Shown piece by piece: positions 51,518-61,693 of a stretch of 64,000 bases of DNA. Numbering within the stretch: the stretch's first letter is position 1; every line of letters starts with the position of its first letter. Made by a program: the position numbers and the translations under genes. The notes under the pieces are model-generated. The model was not told the DNA's origin. It searched no databases and saw only the letters and a list, made by a program, of their open reading frames with translations. This DNA is from Candidatus Undinarchaeota archaeon (GTDB lineage: Archaea; Undinarchaeota; Undinarchaeia; Undinarchaeales; UBA543): the NCBI GenBank assembly GCA_964636545.1, contig CAZWSR010000001.1, positions 102,821 to 166,820 on the forward strand, written 5' to 3'.

Positions 51518-51549
51518 AGAATATAAGTTAAAACAACTAACTAATTTGT

Positions 51550-52566
51550 ATGGCTAAATTGAAAGGGGCGTTTAAACTAAAATATATTGATGTGATAGAA
51601 ATTGCTCCAGAAATAGCAATCAAATTGAAGAAAATAAATTTGTCAAATGACAAATGGAAAAAAATAATTTTAGGAATGGATAAAAGGGAAGTGAGAACAA
51701 CTTCTGCAAGAGCAATAGCGATTAAACACTTGAGAGAAGTACGAACAACTGGAGAAATTATTAAAATCCTTGAAGAAGCAGAAGAGGATCTAAGTAAACA
51801 GGAAAAGGAAGACAGGGAAAAACGAGAAGACTTTATAAAAATAATAAAAAGAGCAGGAGTAGAAAATGCAGAGAAGATTACTGATTTTCACTGCGGAACA
51901 GGAGATAATTATTTTGCACTTAGATTGAGATTGAGTTATAATGGAGAGTATCATGGTATTAATGGAAGTTTGAACGATATTAAAAATTTCAAAGATAGGG
52001 GGAGTAAAACAAAACTCTTCCTGCACCATGTAGAGGTGATGGATAAAAGGAGTGAAATTCCAACAGAAGCTGTAGGAGCAGATATAGTTTTTTGTGAGAA
52101 AGTTATGCATGAAACAAGAAATCCGAAAGACCTATTATACATTCTTAAGAAAATGAATTTTGTTCTCAAGCCAGGTGGCCGACTTATTTTGGCCGTGTAT
52201 TCAGCAGAAGCTATTAATCGTGCGTTAGAGTTGGAAGATAGGAAAACAAGAAAAAAGTTAGATAAGAAAAGAATAATAGAGAAAAAAGCAGGGGGGTCAA
52301 TTTTTGTTGGAGTTTTCAAGAAAAAAGCTGGTGCAAAAAGAGGAGATGTGTACGCCAAGGGGGGTTCTTACTACACAAAAGAAGAGATTGGCAAGAACCT
52401 TATAATGAGTAATTTTAAAAAAATTTATGAAGAACCTTTAAAGATTGATGACAAAAGAGTTACTAAGCGTATTTTCAAACTGATAGGAAACAAAGCAACA
52501 GATGATAATATAGAAGAAATGAAAGGAGAAATTTATGCGTGGTATATTGTTGCACAGAAAATATAA
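51550..52566 (+). CDS. Divergent class I SAM methyltransferase-like protein
   Basis: ITDFHCGTG, ADIVFCEKVMH, VLKPGGRL. Confidence 0.75.
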   Translation: MAKLKGAFKLKYIDVIEIAPEIAIKLKKINLSNDKWKKIILGMDKREVRTTSARAIAIKHLREVRTTGEIIKILEEAEEDLSKQEKEDREKREDFIKIIKRAGVENAEKITDFHCGTGDNYFALRLRLSYNGEYHGINGSLNDIKNFKDRGSKTKLFLHHVEVMDKRSEIPTEAVGADIVFCEKVMHETRNPKDLLYILKKMNFVLKPGGRLILAVYSAEAINRALELEDRKTRKKLDKKRIIEKKAGGSIFVGVFKKKAGAKRGDVYAKGGSYYTKEEIGKNLIMSNFKKIYEEPLKIDDKRVTKRIFKLIGNKATDDNIEEMKGEIYAWYIVAQKI

Positions 52567-52569
52567 TAA

Positions 52570-53928
52570 TTACTTTTTCCGCTCATGCAATTTCATATGC
52601 CCTTTTTGGATTCCTTCAGTTGTAATTGCTTTTAATGCAGCGAAGTTTTGTGCAAGGCCTGCTGCTGCCATTACTTGAGCAAGTTCTTGAGCTGATTTTA
52701 CACCCAAGATTTTGAGATTTACTTGAGCTTGTGGGTGTTTTGTTGAACCGCCGACTGTGGCGACTGCTAGTGGTAATTCAATAGAGGCCTTTAAGTCATT
52801 GTTTCCTGTTAGTTCGTAGTGAGTTAATGGTTTGTAGGATGGAGTGTGGATTGTAGAGTGTAGAGTGTGGACTTCGCCTCCACGCCGCCCCGGCGCACCT
52901 GCGCCCCCTGAAACACTAGCATAGGCATGCGCTCCTGCTTCTACTGCTCGCCAGTCATTGCCAGTTGCTATGCAGATTGCTGAAATTGCATTCATTATTC
53001 CCTTGTTGTGAGTTGCTGCGCGGTATGGATCTACTTCTGCAACTTGATTTGCTTTGATGATGAGGTTGATTGTTTGTTCACTGAGGAGTTCTTTTTTGAA
53101 AACACACTCTGCTCTTGCTAATCGGCGGTCTGCTAAGTTGGAAACTATCTTTAGAACGGCTTTTCCACCAAGTTCTTCCAGTTTTGGAGCAATTGCTTCA
53201 ACCATTGTATTGACTATGTTGGCACCCATTGCATCTTTGCAGTCTACGTATAGGTGGATTCTGATGATTTGGGCAGTGGGCAGTGGGCAGTGGGTTGTAG
53301 GTGAGGATTCGTTATTTTCAGGCGCCTCTACGGCGCCCCGGCGCCCCGGATCCACAGGTAAAATATCAACAGAGAGATCTTTTGCACCGCCACCTAAGTT
53401 AATGAGTGTTGGGTTTTTTGAATTTGCTATTGTGAGAAGTTCCTGCTTCATATTTAGAATGTGTTGCACTACGTTCTCTTGCTCCTGGTTCAGGGTAGTG
53501 GGTAGTGGGCAGTGGGCAGTAGGAGAAGATTTGTTATTTTCGTTCTGAGCCCCTGAGCCCCTGAGCCCCGGCGCCCCGAATAAATGTATTTGCCCAATCA
53601 TTATTGAATCATCTGCTGAAGTTTTGAATCCACCACATTCGCGAGCAAGTTTTGCAGAGTTTGATGCAGCTGCAACTACTGAAGGTTCTTCAAGAACCAT
53701 TGGAATAATGTAATCTTTGTTATTTATTAGGAAATTTACAGCTACCCCGATTGGTAGTGAGAAATTTCCAATAACATTTTCAATTAATTTTTCTGAAAAA
53801 TCAGTTACACTAGGAAAATTTTTCAGTGTTTCTGCTTCTGCATCAGTTAATTCAGCAAATTCTTTAATAAAATTAAGTCGCTCTTCAGGTGAGCGTTCGT
53901 AAAATTTTGAAACTCTTGAAGTTTTCAT
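52570..53928 (-). CDS. mvaA: HMG-CoA reductase, class II, with three repeat-derived insertions
   Basis: ENVIG, EEPSVVAAAS, DAMGAN, THNKGIMN, GNDWRA, GIQKGHMKLH. Confidence 0.95.
   Translation of the reverse strand: MKTSRVSKFYERSPEERLNFIKEFAELTDAEAETLKNFPSVTDFSEKLIENVIGNFSLPIGVAVNFLINNKDYIIPMVLEEPSVVAAASNSAKLARECGGFKTSADDSIMIGQIHLFGAPGLRGSGAQNENNKSSPTAHCPLPTTLNQEQENVVQHILNMKQELLTIANSKNPTLINLGGGAKDLSVDILPVDPGRRGAVEAPENNESSPTTHCPLPTAQIIRIHLYVDCKDAMGANIVNTMVEAIAPKLEELGGKAVLKIVSNLADRRLARAECVFKKELLSEQTINLIIKANQVAEVDPYRAATHNKGIMNAISAICIATGNDWRAVEAGAHAYASVSGGAGAPGRRGGEVHTLHSTIHTPSYKPLTHYELTGNNDLKASIELPLAVATVGGSTKHPQAQVNLKILGVKSAQELAQVMAAAGLAQNFAALKAITTEGIQKGHMKLHERKK
52840..52908 (-). repeat. In-frame octamer + heptamer insert 3 in HMG-CoA reductase
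   Basis: + strand TGGAGTG TGGATTG TAGAGTG TAGAGTG TGGACTT ... CGGCGCAC CTGCGCCC. Confidence 0.85.
53271..53349 (-). repeat. In-frame octamer + heptamer insert 2 in HMG-CoA reductase
   Basis: + strand GGGCAGT x3 GGGTTGT, spacer, CGGCGCCC x2. Confidence 0.9.
53493..53578 (-). repeat. In-frame octamer + heptamer insert 1 in HMG-CoA reductase
   Basis: + strand GGGTAGT x2 GGGCAGT x2, spacer, CTGAGCCC x3 CGGCGCCC. Confidence 0.9.
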
Positions 53929-53952
53929 TTTTCTGAGTGGTATTGTAGCGGT

Positions 53953-54345
53953 TTAGTCTACTAGTTTAAATTTGTACCCGTACGAAATTGCTCCAGCTTT
54001 TCCATCTTCAGCTAATTTGCGGAAGCAAACACTGACTCTTTTCTTTATTGCAACATCTTCTGGATTGCAATCCACTAATTGAGCAGTTATTCGCGGACCT
54101 TCGTCCAATCTAATTATTGCAACAACATATGGTGCAAGGTTTTCAAAACCAGGAGGCGCTGCCCTGATTGTTGTGAAAGTTACTATTTGGCCTTGGCCGC
54201 TCAAGTCAAACCTGTCAAACACGTGCTCACTGCACTTTTTGCAGAGTGAACGAGGTGGAAAATTAATCCAATCGCATGATTTGCACTTGTTTGCAATCAA
54301 ATTGTAGCGTTGCGGGATCTCTCTCCAGAATCTTGGAACATTCAT
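53953..54345 (-). CDS. DUF35 Zn-ribbon/OB-fold scaffold of the thiolase-HMGCS complex
   Basis: CKSC...FPPR..CKKC, PYVVAII, ISYGYKF; operon context. Confidence 0.92.
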   Translation of the reverse strand: MNVPRFWREIPQRYNLIANKCKSCDWINFPPRSLCKKCSEHVFDRFDLSGQGQIVTFTTIRAAPPGFENLAPYVVAIIRLDEGPRITAQLVDCNPEDVAIKKRVSVCFRKLAEDGKAGAISYGYKFKLVD

Positions 54346-55502
54346 CGTGAGAAAATATGAACAGATGCAGTACCCCCACTACCGCCAACATTATGAGTAA
54401 GAACATAGTCAGGATCAGAAATTTGCCGCTTTCCAGCTTTTCCGCGTAATTGAAGAACTGCTTCAACTGCTTGAGCTACACCAGTTGCTCCAACAGGATG
54501 ACCTTTTGATTTTAATCCACCTGAAGTGTTAATTGGAATTGAACCATTGAGTACGGTATTATTTTCTTCAACAAATTTGCCACCTTGGCCTTTTTCACAG
54601 AAGCCGAGGTCTTCAATTGCGCAAATTTCAGCAATTGTAAAGCAGTCGTGTACTTCAGCGCAGCTTATCTGTTTTGGAGCGATTCCAGCCATTTCATATG
54701 CTTGTTTTGCTGCATGTACTGTTGCCCCGATAGTGCAAATATCTTTTCGATTGTGGAGAGCAATTGAACCAGTAGCTTGACCAGTTCCAGCGAGCCAGAT
54801 TGGTTCTTCACATAATTCTTTTGCTTTTTCTGCATTTGCCATAATTACAACTGAAGCACCGTCGCTAATTGGTGAGCAATCCAAAAGTTTGATTGGGTCT
54901 GCGATTTTTGATGAGTTCATTACTTGGTCAATTGTTATTTCTCGTTGGAACTGTGCTTTTGGATTGCGAGCGCCATTGTAATGGTTTTTTACAGCAACTT
55001 GTGCAAGCTGTTCTTCTGTTGTTCCGTGTTCGTACATGTGCCTTCTTGCTATCATTGCATAAAGTCCAGGGAAAGTTGCACCTTGGAATGCTTCCCATTC
55101 GCGGTCTGCAGCTGAAGATAATGCATCTGTTGTCCGGTTTGTCATCACATCAGTCATTTTTTCAACACCACCAGCAGCAACTATGTCGTATTTTCCTGAC
55201 TTTATTCCCATGTAAGCGGCGGCGATGGCCATTCCGCCTGAAGCGCATGCAGCTTCTATTCGCATTGCAGGTTTTGGGATCATTCCGGTGTGATCCATTG
55301 CTAATGAGGCTAAGTGTTCTTGTTCAATGAATTGTCCGCCGCTCATGTTTCCGCCAAAAAGTGCGTCAATGTCATTTGAACTAATTCCTGCATCTTGGAT
55401 TGCTTGTGCACCAGATTTTACAAATAAAGAACGGAATGATTCATTCCAAAGTTCACCGAATTTGGTAATTCCGATTCCGATTATTGCGACTTGTTGGCTC
55501 AA
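54342..55502 (-). CDS. Acetoacetyl-CoA thiolase, archaeal type
   Basis: [35 protein letters not shown]; TTG start inferred from SD spacing. Confidence 0.93.
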   Translation of the reverse strand: MSQQVAIIGIGITKFGELWNESFRSLFVKSGAQAIQDAGISSNDIDALFGGNMSGGQFIEQEHLASLAMDHTGMIPKPAMRIEAACASGGMAIAAAYMGIKSGKYDIVAAGGVEKMTDVMTNRTTDALSSAADREWEAFQGATFPGLYAMIARRHMYEHGTTEEQLAQVAVKNHYNGARNPKAQFQREITIDQVMNSSKIADPIKLLDCSPISDGASVVIMANAEKAKELCEEPIWLAGTGQATGSIALHNRKDICTIGATVHAAKQAYEMAGIAPKQISCAEVHDCFTIAEICAIEDLGFCEKGQGGKFVEENNTVLNGSIPINTSGGLKSKGHPVGATGVAQAVEAVLQLRGKAGKRQISDPDYVLTHNVGGSGGTASVHIFSR

Positions 55503-55520
55503 GATATACAACCCCCTTTT

Positions 55521-55561
55521 GTCTGAGCCCCTGGGCCCCGGCGCCCCGGTGCCCCTGAACC
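55521..55561 (-). repeat. Intergenic octamer arm
   Basis: GT CTGAGCCC CTGGGCCC CGGCGCCC CGGTGCCC CTGAACC. Confidence 0.88.
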
Positions 55562-55572
55562 AATTTCACAAA

Positions 55573-56616
55573 TCATTCTGTTTTAATTTTCCCCCTGTAT
55601 TTTGCATACATACCATATTCAATATAGCGGCGCTTGTTAATGAAATGAGAAGTTTTTGGAGCTAATTCTTGTGCTTCTGTTATTTTGTCAGTGACTGTGA
55701 AAATAAATGAGTCAGATCCAGCTCCAGAACCGTAGGATGTGAGAAGGATTTTTTCGCCAGGTAGTGCATTGTCAAGAACTGCAGCTAGTGCAAGTGGAGT
55801 TGCACCAGAATATGTGTTTCCAATTTGTGGTGAAAGTAGGCCAGGCACTAGTTGTTCTTCAGTAAAGCCAAGTCGTTTTGCAGCTTGTCTTGGAAATTTG
55901 CCATTTGGTTGATGTGGGATGAAATAATTAAAGTCAATTGGCTCTAAACCAGATTTTTCAAGAATGTTTTTAGTGCAGGAGATGATGTGTTTGAAATATG
56001 CTGGCTCGCCAGTGAATCTGCCGCCGTGTTGTGGATATGTTTGATTTTCTCTGCGCCAGAAATCTGGTGTGTCTGTTGTGAAAGAAAGTGTGTGTTCAAG
56101 TTTTGCGAGAAGATTTTCGCGTCCGATTACAAAAGCTGCCCCACCAGCTGCAGCAGTGTACTCCAAAGTACTTCCAGGAGCACCCTGAGATGTGTCTGAG
56201 CCAGCTGCTAGGCCGTAATTAATCATTTCTGACTTGACAAGCCCGAAAATTGCCTGCATTGCAGCAGTTCCAGCCTTGCAAGCGAACTCGAAGTCAGCTG
56301 CTGTTAGGTTTGGTGTTGCTTCCAGAGCTTCTGCGAGAATAGTTGCTGTTGGTTTGACAGCATATGGGTGAGATTCAGAACCAACATAGATTGCACCAAG
56401 TTTTGCTGGAGAAATTCTTGCTCGCTTCATAGCGTTTCGCCCTGCTTCTACAGCGATTGTAGCAGCATCTTCGTCAGGTGCAGGAACAGACTTTTCAGAA
56501 ATCATAAGACCTTTTTTCAGTGCTTCTGCGTTCTGGCCCCATACTTTTGCAATTTCTTCAACTTTAATTCTGTACGCAGGCACGTAACTACCGTAGCCAA
56601 CTATTCCAGCATCCAT
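55573..56616 (-). CDS. Hydroxymethylglutaryl-CoA synthase
   Basis: [38 protein letters not shown]. Confidence 0.96.
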   Translation of the reverse strand: MDAGIVGYGSYVPAYRIKVEEIAKVWGQNAEALKKGLMISEKSVPAPDEDAATIAVEAGRNAMKRARISPAKLGAIYVGSESHPYAVKPTATILAEALEATPNLTAADFEFACKAGTAAMQAIFGLVKSEMINYGLAAGSDTSQGAPGSTLEYTAAAGGAAFVIGRENLLAKLEHTLSFTTDTPDFWRRENQTYPQHGGRFTGEPAYFKHIISCTKNILEKSGLEPIDFNYFIPHQPNGKFPRQAAKRLGFTEEQLVPGLLSPQIGNTYSGATPLALAAVLDNALPGEKILLTSYGSGAGSDSFIFTVTDKITEAQELAPKTSHFINKRRYIEYGMYAKYRGKIKTE

Positions 56617-56741
56617 ATGGAGACAGTGGTTGAAGAGTTTTAAAGGATTACGAAGTGGAAGGAAAAGTTGCAGTTGTTGGTAAAAAAGTTGCAGAGGAGA
56701 CAGATAGTAAACATTATTAACCCACGCTTCTTTGTTTAGTT

Positions 56742-57821
56742 ATGGATTTAGAAAAGCGCATTGAGCTTATTACAAGAGAACCAATTGAAGAAGTTATTAC
56801 TAATGAGGATTTGAAAGGATTATTAGAAACAAAGACTGCGCCAATGGCTTATGATGGTTTTGAGCCAAGTGGATTATTGCATTTGGCATCTGGGCTTATG
56901 CGAGCTGAGAAAATTAATGATTTATTGAAAGCTGGGGTTGGATTTACACTTTTTATAGCAGATTGGCACGCAGCACTGAATAATAAATTTGATGGAAATA
57001 TGGACATGATAAAAACTGCTGGAGAATACCTAATAGAAGGTTGGAAAGCGTGTGGAGTTGACACAAAGAAAGTGAAAATGGTTTGGGCATCTGATTTAGT
57101 TAACTCAGAAGGATATTGGGAAGGGGTGATGAGATTTGCAATAAAAACTTCACTCAAACGCGCAATGAGAACTGCCCCGATTATGGGAAGAGAAGCAGGA
57201 GAAGATATGCTCACATCTCAAGTACTTTATCCGTTCATGCAGGCGTATGACCCATTCCACATGAAAATTGATATTTTGCAGCTAGGAATGGACCAGAGGA
57301 AAGTGACAGTGCTTAGCAGGGAAATGGCAAAAAAGATGAAACTACCGAAGCCTGTTCTTTTACATCATCATTTGCTTGCAGGATTGCAAGGAGTAGATGC
57401 TGGAAGGATGGGACAAGAAGATACAGAACCAGGAGCAGATGCTAAGATGAGTAAGTCAAAACCAAGCAGCTGCGTGTTTATTCACGATTCCAAGAAAGAA
57501 ATTCAGGAGAAATTGAATAAAGCACATTGCCCAGAGAAAGTTGTTGAAGGAAATCCTATTTTGGAGATGTGGAGATACATTATTTTCAGGAAAGTTGATG
57601 GTTATACAATTAAGAGACCTGCAAAGTTCGGTGGAGATTTGGAAATTCACGATTATGAAGAGTTGGAGAAACTATATTCTGGTGGAAAACTGCACCCAAT
57701 GGATTTGAAAAATGCAACTTCTGAAGTTATGGATAAGATTTTAGCTCCAGTTAGAAAACATTTTGAGAAAGGAAAGGCGAAAGAGTTATATGAAACTGTA
57801 AAGAAAGCTAAAGGGTTGTGA
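56742..57821 (+). CDS. tyrS: Tyrosine-tRNA ligase, archaeal type
   Basis: YDGFEPSG..HLAS, ADWHA, YPFMQ, GMDQ, KMSKS, LHPMDLK. Confidence 0.96.
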   Translation: MDLEKRIELITREPIEEVITNEDLKGLLETKTAPMAYDGFEPSGLLHLASGLMRAEKINDLLKAGVGFTLFIADWHAALNNKFDGNMDMIKTAGEYLIEGWKACGVDTKKVKMVWASDLVNSEGYWEGVMRFAIKTSLKRAMRTAPIMGREAGEDMLTSQVLYPFMQAYDPFHMKIDILQLGMDQRKVTVLSREMAKKMKLPKPVLLHHHLLAGLQGVDAGRMGQEDTEPGADAKMSKSKPSSCVFIHDSKKEIQEKLNKAHCPEKVVEGNPILEMWRYIIFRKVDGYTIKRPAKFGGDLEIHDYEELEKLYSGGKLHPMDLKNATSEVMDKILAPVRKHFEKGKAKELYETVKKAKGL

Positions 57822-57822
57822 A

Positions 57823-60258
57823 ATGACAGAACACACTTTCTGCTTGCTGGATATTGACTATGAACTTGTAGATGGAAAAGCAATTATTCGAATGTTTGGC
57901 CGCACTAAGCAGGGGAAAAGTATCCTAGTTACTGACAAGAATTTTGAACCGTACTTTTATGCAATGTTGGATGGGAAGTTTGAAGATGTTAAGAAGAAAT
58001 TGCTTGAGAAGAAAACATCTGACTATGAAATTGTGAAAGTTGAGAAAGTAAAGAAAATTTACAAAACAAAAGAAATTGAATTAGCTAAAGTTTACACCAA
58101 GAATCCAACTCAAGTGAGGGAAGCAAGAGAGGGTGTGAAAAGAATTGATGGTGTTAAGAATTATTTTGAAGCAGATATTTTATTTGGAAGACGTTATATT
58201 TTGGATAATGATTTAGAGCCAATGACTTTGGTTAAAGTGAAAGGCACTCCTTTTGAAAGTCCTTTGAAAGTTGATATGGCAATTGATATGGAAGGAAAAC
58301 CAGAAGCAGTTGAGGGTGAAATTCCTAAAATGAATGTTGCAAGTTTTGATATTGAAGCATATTCGCCAAAAGGACTTCCGCAGCCAGAAGATGATCCAAT
58401 GATAATGCTGAGTGTTGCAAGTGATGGAGTGGAGAAGGTTTTCTCAACAAAAGAAGGGCCTGATTTTGTGAAAGTTGTTAAAGATGAGAAAGGAATTCTG
58501 GAAGAATTTGAAAAGTTTTTGGAAAAAGAAGATATTGATATTATTACTGCATACAACTCAGATAATTTTGATATGCCGTACCTTTCAACTAGAGCGAAGA
58601 TATTGAAGCACAAAATCAAATTAGGTAGAGATGAAAGGGGAATTAATCAGAAAAGTAAGGGGCGATATCATTCAGCTGGAGTAACTGGGCGAGAGCATAT
58701 TGATCTTTACCATTATGTGAATATTATTTTAAGGGGAGCACTTGGTCAAGTGAATAAACGGACTTTGAAAAGCGTTGCTGGGCACTTTTTGAAAGAGGAA
58801 GAAGGGAAAAAAGACATGGATTGGCGCGAGATTGATAAATATTGGAAAGGTGACAAGAAAAAACTAAATGAGTTTTATGAATATTCAATGACTGACGCTA
58901 TTGTTACAAAGAAATTGTCAGATATTTTTATGCCAAGAGAATATGAAATTGCGAAATTGGTTAGGGTGCCATTATTTGATGCTAGCAGAACAACTTACGG
59001 GCAACTTGTTGAAGCATATTTGATGTGGAATGCAATTAAGCGGAATGAGTTGATCCCAAACAGGCCAATGGATGAGGAAAAAGAGGCAAGAGCAAAGTTT
59101 GAGGCATTTGAAGGGGCGTTTGTGCTGGAACCAGAGAAGGGAATGCATGAAAATGTTGCACTTTTCGATTTCAGGTCACTGTATCCAACAATTATTATTT
59201 CCCATAATATTGATCAGAGCACAATTGATTGTGATTGTTGCAAAGGAAAAGCAAAGGTAGTTGCTGGCGGACACTGGTTCTGCGAGAAAAGACAGGGGCT
59301 CATGCCAATGGTTTTGAAAAATATTCTTGAAAAGAGAGTTGAGATTAAGAAAGAGTTGGCAAAACAGAAAAAAGGTTCTGAGGAATATGTTAGATTGAAT
59401 AATACTCAGTATGCTTTGAAGATTTTGGCAAATTCTGCTTATGGTTATTTGGCTTATCGTGGTTCTCGTTGGTATACAAGAGATGGTGCAAGTTCTGTTA
59501 CTGCGCTTGGACGAGAATATATTAAAAAAATTGTTGATATTGCAGAGAAAGAATTTGATTTGAAACCAATTTACGGAGATACTGATTCTATTTTTATTAC
59601 AACAAAAGATGAAAGTCCTAAAATTAGAGAAATTGGAGAGAAATTCCAGAAAAGAGTGAATGGTGAACTGCCTGGAGTTATGGAACTTGAGTTTGAAGAT
59701 CTTTTCAAACGCGGAGTTTTTGTTGCTAAGAAACGGTATGCAATGATAAATGACAAAGATGAGCTGAAAATCAAGGGTTTGGAGTTTGTGAGACGAGATT
59801 GGTCGCCAATTGCAAAGGAAACGCAAAAGAAAACAATTGAAACACTTTTGAAAGATGGAGATGTTGAGAAAGCATTTACAGTTGTGCGGAATGCTGTTAA
59901 GAGAATTACTGAGGGAGATGTTACAATTGAGGATTTGGCTGTTTATACTGATTTGTCAAGACCGCTAGATAAATATTTGGTAACTGCTCCACATGTTGCA
60001 GTTGCAAAGATTTTGAAAAGAAATGGTGAGGATATTAAGACTGGATCAACTATTGGGTATGTTATTTCTGAAGGCGGGGGCAAGGTTTCTGACAGGGCCA
60101 AGCCAGTTGAAGGATTTAATATCAAGACTTATGACAAAAAATATTATATTGAGCACCAGATTATTCCTGCTGTTTCAAGAGTGATGGAGGCGCTTGGCTA
60201 TGGAGAAGATGAATTGATGGGGAAGAAGCAAGGGAAGCTGAGTGAATATTTTGGATAA
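57823..60258 (+). CDS. polB: Family B DNA polymerase
   Basis: FDIE, YNSDNFD, DFRSLYP, KILANSAYGY, YGDTDS, KKRY; no intein. Confidence 0.98.
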   Translation: MTEHTFCLLDIDYELVDGKAIIRMFGRTKQGKSILVTDKNFEPYFYAMLDGKFEDVKKKLLEKKTSDYEIVKVEKVKKIYKTKEIELAKVYTKNPTQVREAREGVKRIDGVKNYFEADILFGRRYILDNDLEPMTLVKVKGTPFESPLKVDMAIDMEGKPEAVEGEIPKMNVASFDIEAYSPKGLPQPEDDPMIMLSVASDGVEKVFSTKEGPDFVKVVKDEKGILEEFEKFLEKEDIDIITAYNSDNFDMPYLSTRAKILKHKIKLGRDERGINQKSKGRYHSAGVTGREHIDLYHYVNIILRGALGQVNKRTLKSVAGHFLKEEEGKKDMDWREIDKYWKGDKKKLNEFYEYSMTDAIVTKKLSDIFMPREYEIAKLVRVPLFDASRTTYGQLVEAYLMWNAIKRNELIPNRPMDEEKEARAKFEAFEGAFVLEPEKGMHENVALFDFRSLYPTIIISHNIDQSTIDCDCCKGKAKVVAGGHWFCEKRQGLMPMVLKNILEKRVEIKKELAKQKKGSEEYVRLNNTQYALKILANSAYGYLAYRGSRWYTRDGASSVTALGREYIKKIVDIAEKEFDLKPIYGDTDSIFITTKDESPKIREIGEKFQKRVNGELPGVMELEFEDLFKRGVFVAKKRYAMINDKDELKIKGLEFVRRDWSPIAKETQKKTIETLLKDGDVEKAFTVVRNAVKRITEGDVTIEDLAVYTDLSRPLDKYLVTAPHVAVAKILKRNGEDIKTGSTIGYVISEGGGKVSDRAKPVEGFNIKTYDKKYYIEHQIIPAVSRVMEALGYGEDELMGKKQGKLSEYFG

Positions 60259-60812
60259 TGGATAAATTATACGAAGCAATCAAAGTTTTGCGAGAAGGTG
60301 GAGTTATTGTTTATCCTACTGAAACTGTTTATGGACTAGGCGCTAATATTTTTAATGAGGATGCTGTGAAGAAAGTTTATGCTTTGAAAGGAAGAAAATT
60401 TGACAAGCCGCTTTCAGTTGCAATGCGAAGGGAGGATATGAATGAATATGGTGTTGTGAGTGATACGCAGTTGATTGATTTAGAATTGAGTTTGCCAGGA
60501 CCAGTTACAATTGTTGCAAGAAAGAAAAAGATTCCAGATTGGATTACAAATACTGATTTTGTTGGGATGAGAGTGCCAGAGCACCCAGATGCTTATGAAT
60601 TAGTTTCAAGGTTTGGGCCAATAACAAGTACTTCTGCTAATAAAGCTGGAGGGAAAAGTCCGATTTCAGTTGATGAAATTCCAAAAAGTATTTTGGACAA
60701 AGTTGATTATGTTATTGATGATGGGGAAACAAAATATAAACAAGGAAGTACAGTGATTAAAGTTACTGATAGTATTGAAATATTGCGGGAGGGAGCATGG
60801 AAGAAGAAGTAA
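60258..60812 (+). CDS. tsaC: L-threonylcarbamoyladenylate synthase (YrdC domain only)
   Basis: YPTETVYGL, KGR...KPL, PGPVT, STSAN, STV. Confidence 0.93.
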   Translation: MDKLYEAIKVLREGGVIVYPTETVYGLGANIFNEDAVKKVYALKGRKFDKPLSVAMRREDMNEYGVVSDTQLIDLELSLPGPVTIVARKKKIPDWITNTDFVGMRVPEHPDAYELVSRFGPITSTSANKAGGKSPISVDEIPKSILDKVDYVIDDGETKYKQGSTVIKVTDSIEILREGAWKKK

Positions 60813-61693
60813 TTCAAAAATACAAACAAGCTGGAGAAATATTGAAGAAAGCACAGGAGCTTGCGAAAGAAATTGTTAAGCCAGGTGCTGGAATTCAAGA
60901 AATCACTGATAAAATTGAAGCAAAGATTTTGAAAGATGGTGGAAAGATTGGATTTCCACTAAATGTTTCAATAAATGAAAACGCTGCACACTTTACTCCG
61001 GACACGAATTGTGATTTGAAATTTGAAAAAGAGGATTTAGTGAAGATTGATATTGGGGTGCATGTTGACGGTTATATTGCTGACTCCGCTATTACACTGA
61101 GTATGAATAATTGTGCTGAGCATAAGAATTTGATAAAGGCTGCTGAAGCTGGTCTGAAAGCTGCTTTGGAAATTGCAAAGCCAGGAGTTACACTAGGTGA
61201 ACTTGGAACTGCTATTGAAACTGCAATTACTGAATTTGATGTTGTGCCAATTGCGAATTTGACTGGTCATTTGCTTGAGCAGAACAATTTGCATGCTGGA
61301 CTTTCAATTCCGAATATCAAAAATGAGTCAGATATTACATTAGAAGAAGGAATTGCAATTGCTATTGAGCCATTTTCAACAACTGGAGCTGGAATGGTTA
61401 CTGATGCAAAAGAAGTTTACATTTACGAATATTTGCAAGACAAACCAACTAGGAATCGGGAAGCAAGAAAGATTTTGGAAATGTCAAAAAACGAATTTGG
61501 TGGGCTTCCGTTTGCAATTAGATGGGTTGAAAAGGAATTTGGAAAACTGAAAGCAAGAATGGCAATAAATGAGCTTGCAAAGAGCAAGGCACTTTATCAA
61601 TATCCGGTTTTGAAGGAAAAAACTGGTGCATTGGTTGCGCAGGCGGAACATACAGTATTAATACTGGATACGCCTATTGTCACAACGAAATAA
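60797..61693 (+). CDS. map: Type II methionine aminopeptidase
   Basis: AAHFTP, DIGVHVDGYIAD, NLTGH, AIEPF, QAEHT. Confidence 0.96.
   Translation: MEEEVIQKYKQAGEILKKAQELAKEIVKPGAGIQEITDKIEAKILKDGGKIGFPLNVSINENAAHFTPDTNCDLKFEKEDLVKIDIGVHVDGYIADSAITLSMNNCAEHKNLIKAAEAGLKAALEIAKPGVTLGELGTAIETAITEFDVVPIANLTGHLLEQNNLHAGLSIPNIKNESDITLEEGIAIAIEPFSTTGAGMVTDAKEVYIYEYLQDKPTRNREARKILEMSKNEFGGLPFAIRWVEKEFGKLKARMAINELAKSKALYQYPVLKEKTGALVAQAEHTVLILDTPIVTTK

Noticed and set aside
53054-53548. 164-aa antisense ORF with repeated VGSGQW
   Set aside because: Shadow of mvaA; the peptide repeats just reflect the heptamer tracts.
56663-56693. Direct repeat AAAAGTTGCAG x2 between HMGCS and tyrS
   Set aside because: Only two copies; may be an operator but nothing else supports it.
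57823-60258. Intein in PolB
   Set aside because: Length (811 aa) and contiguous motifs leave no room for one.
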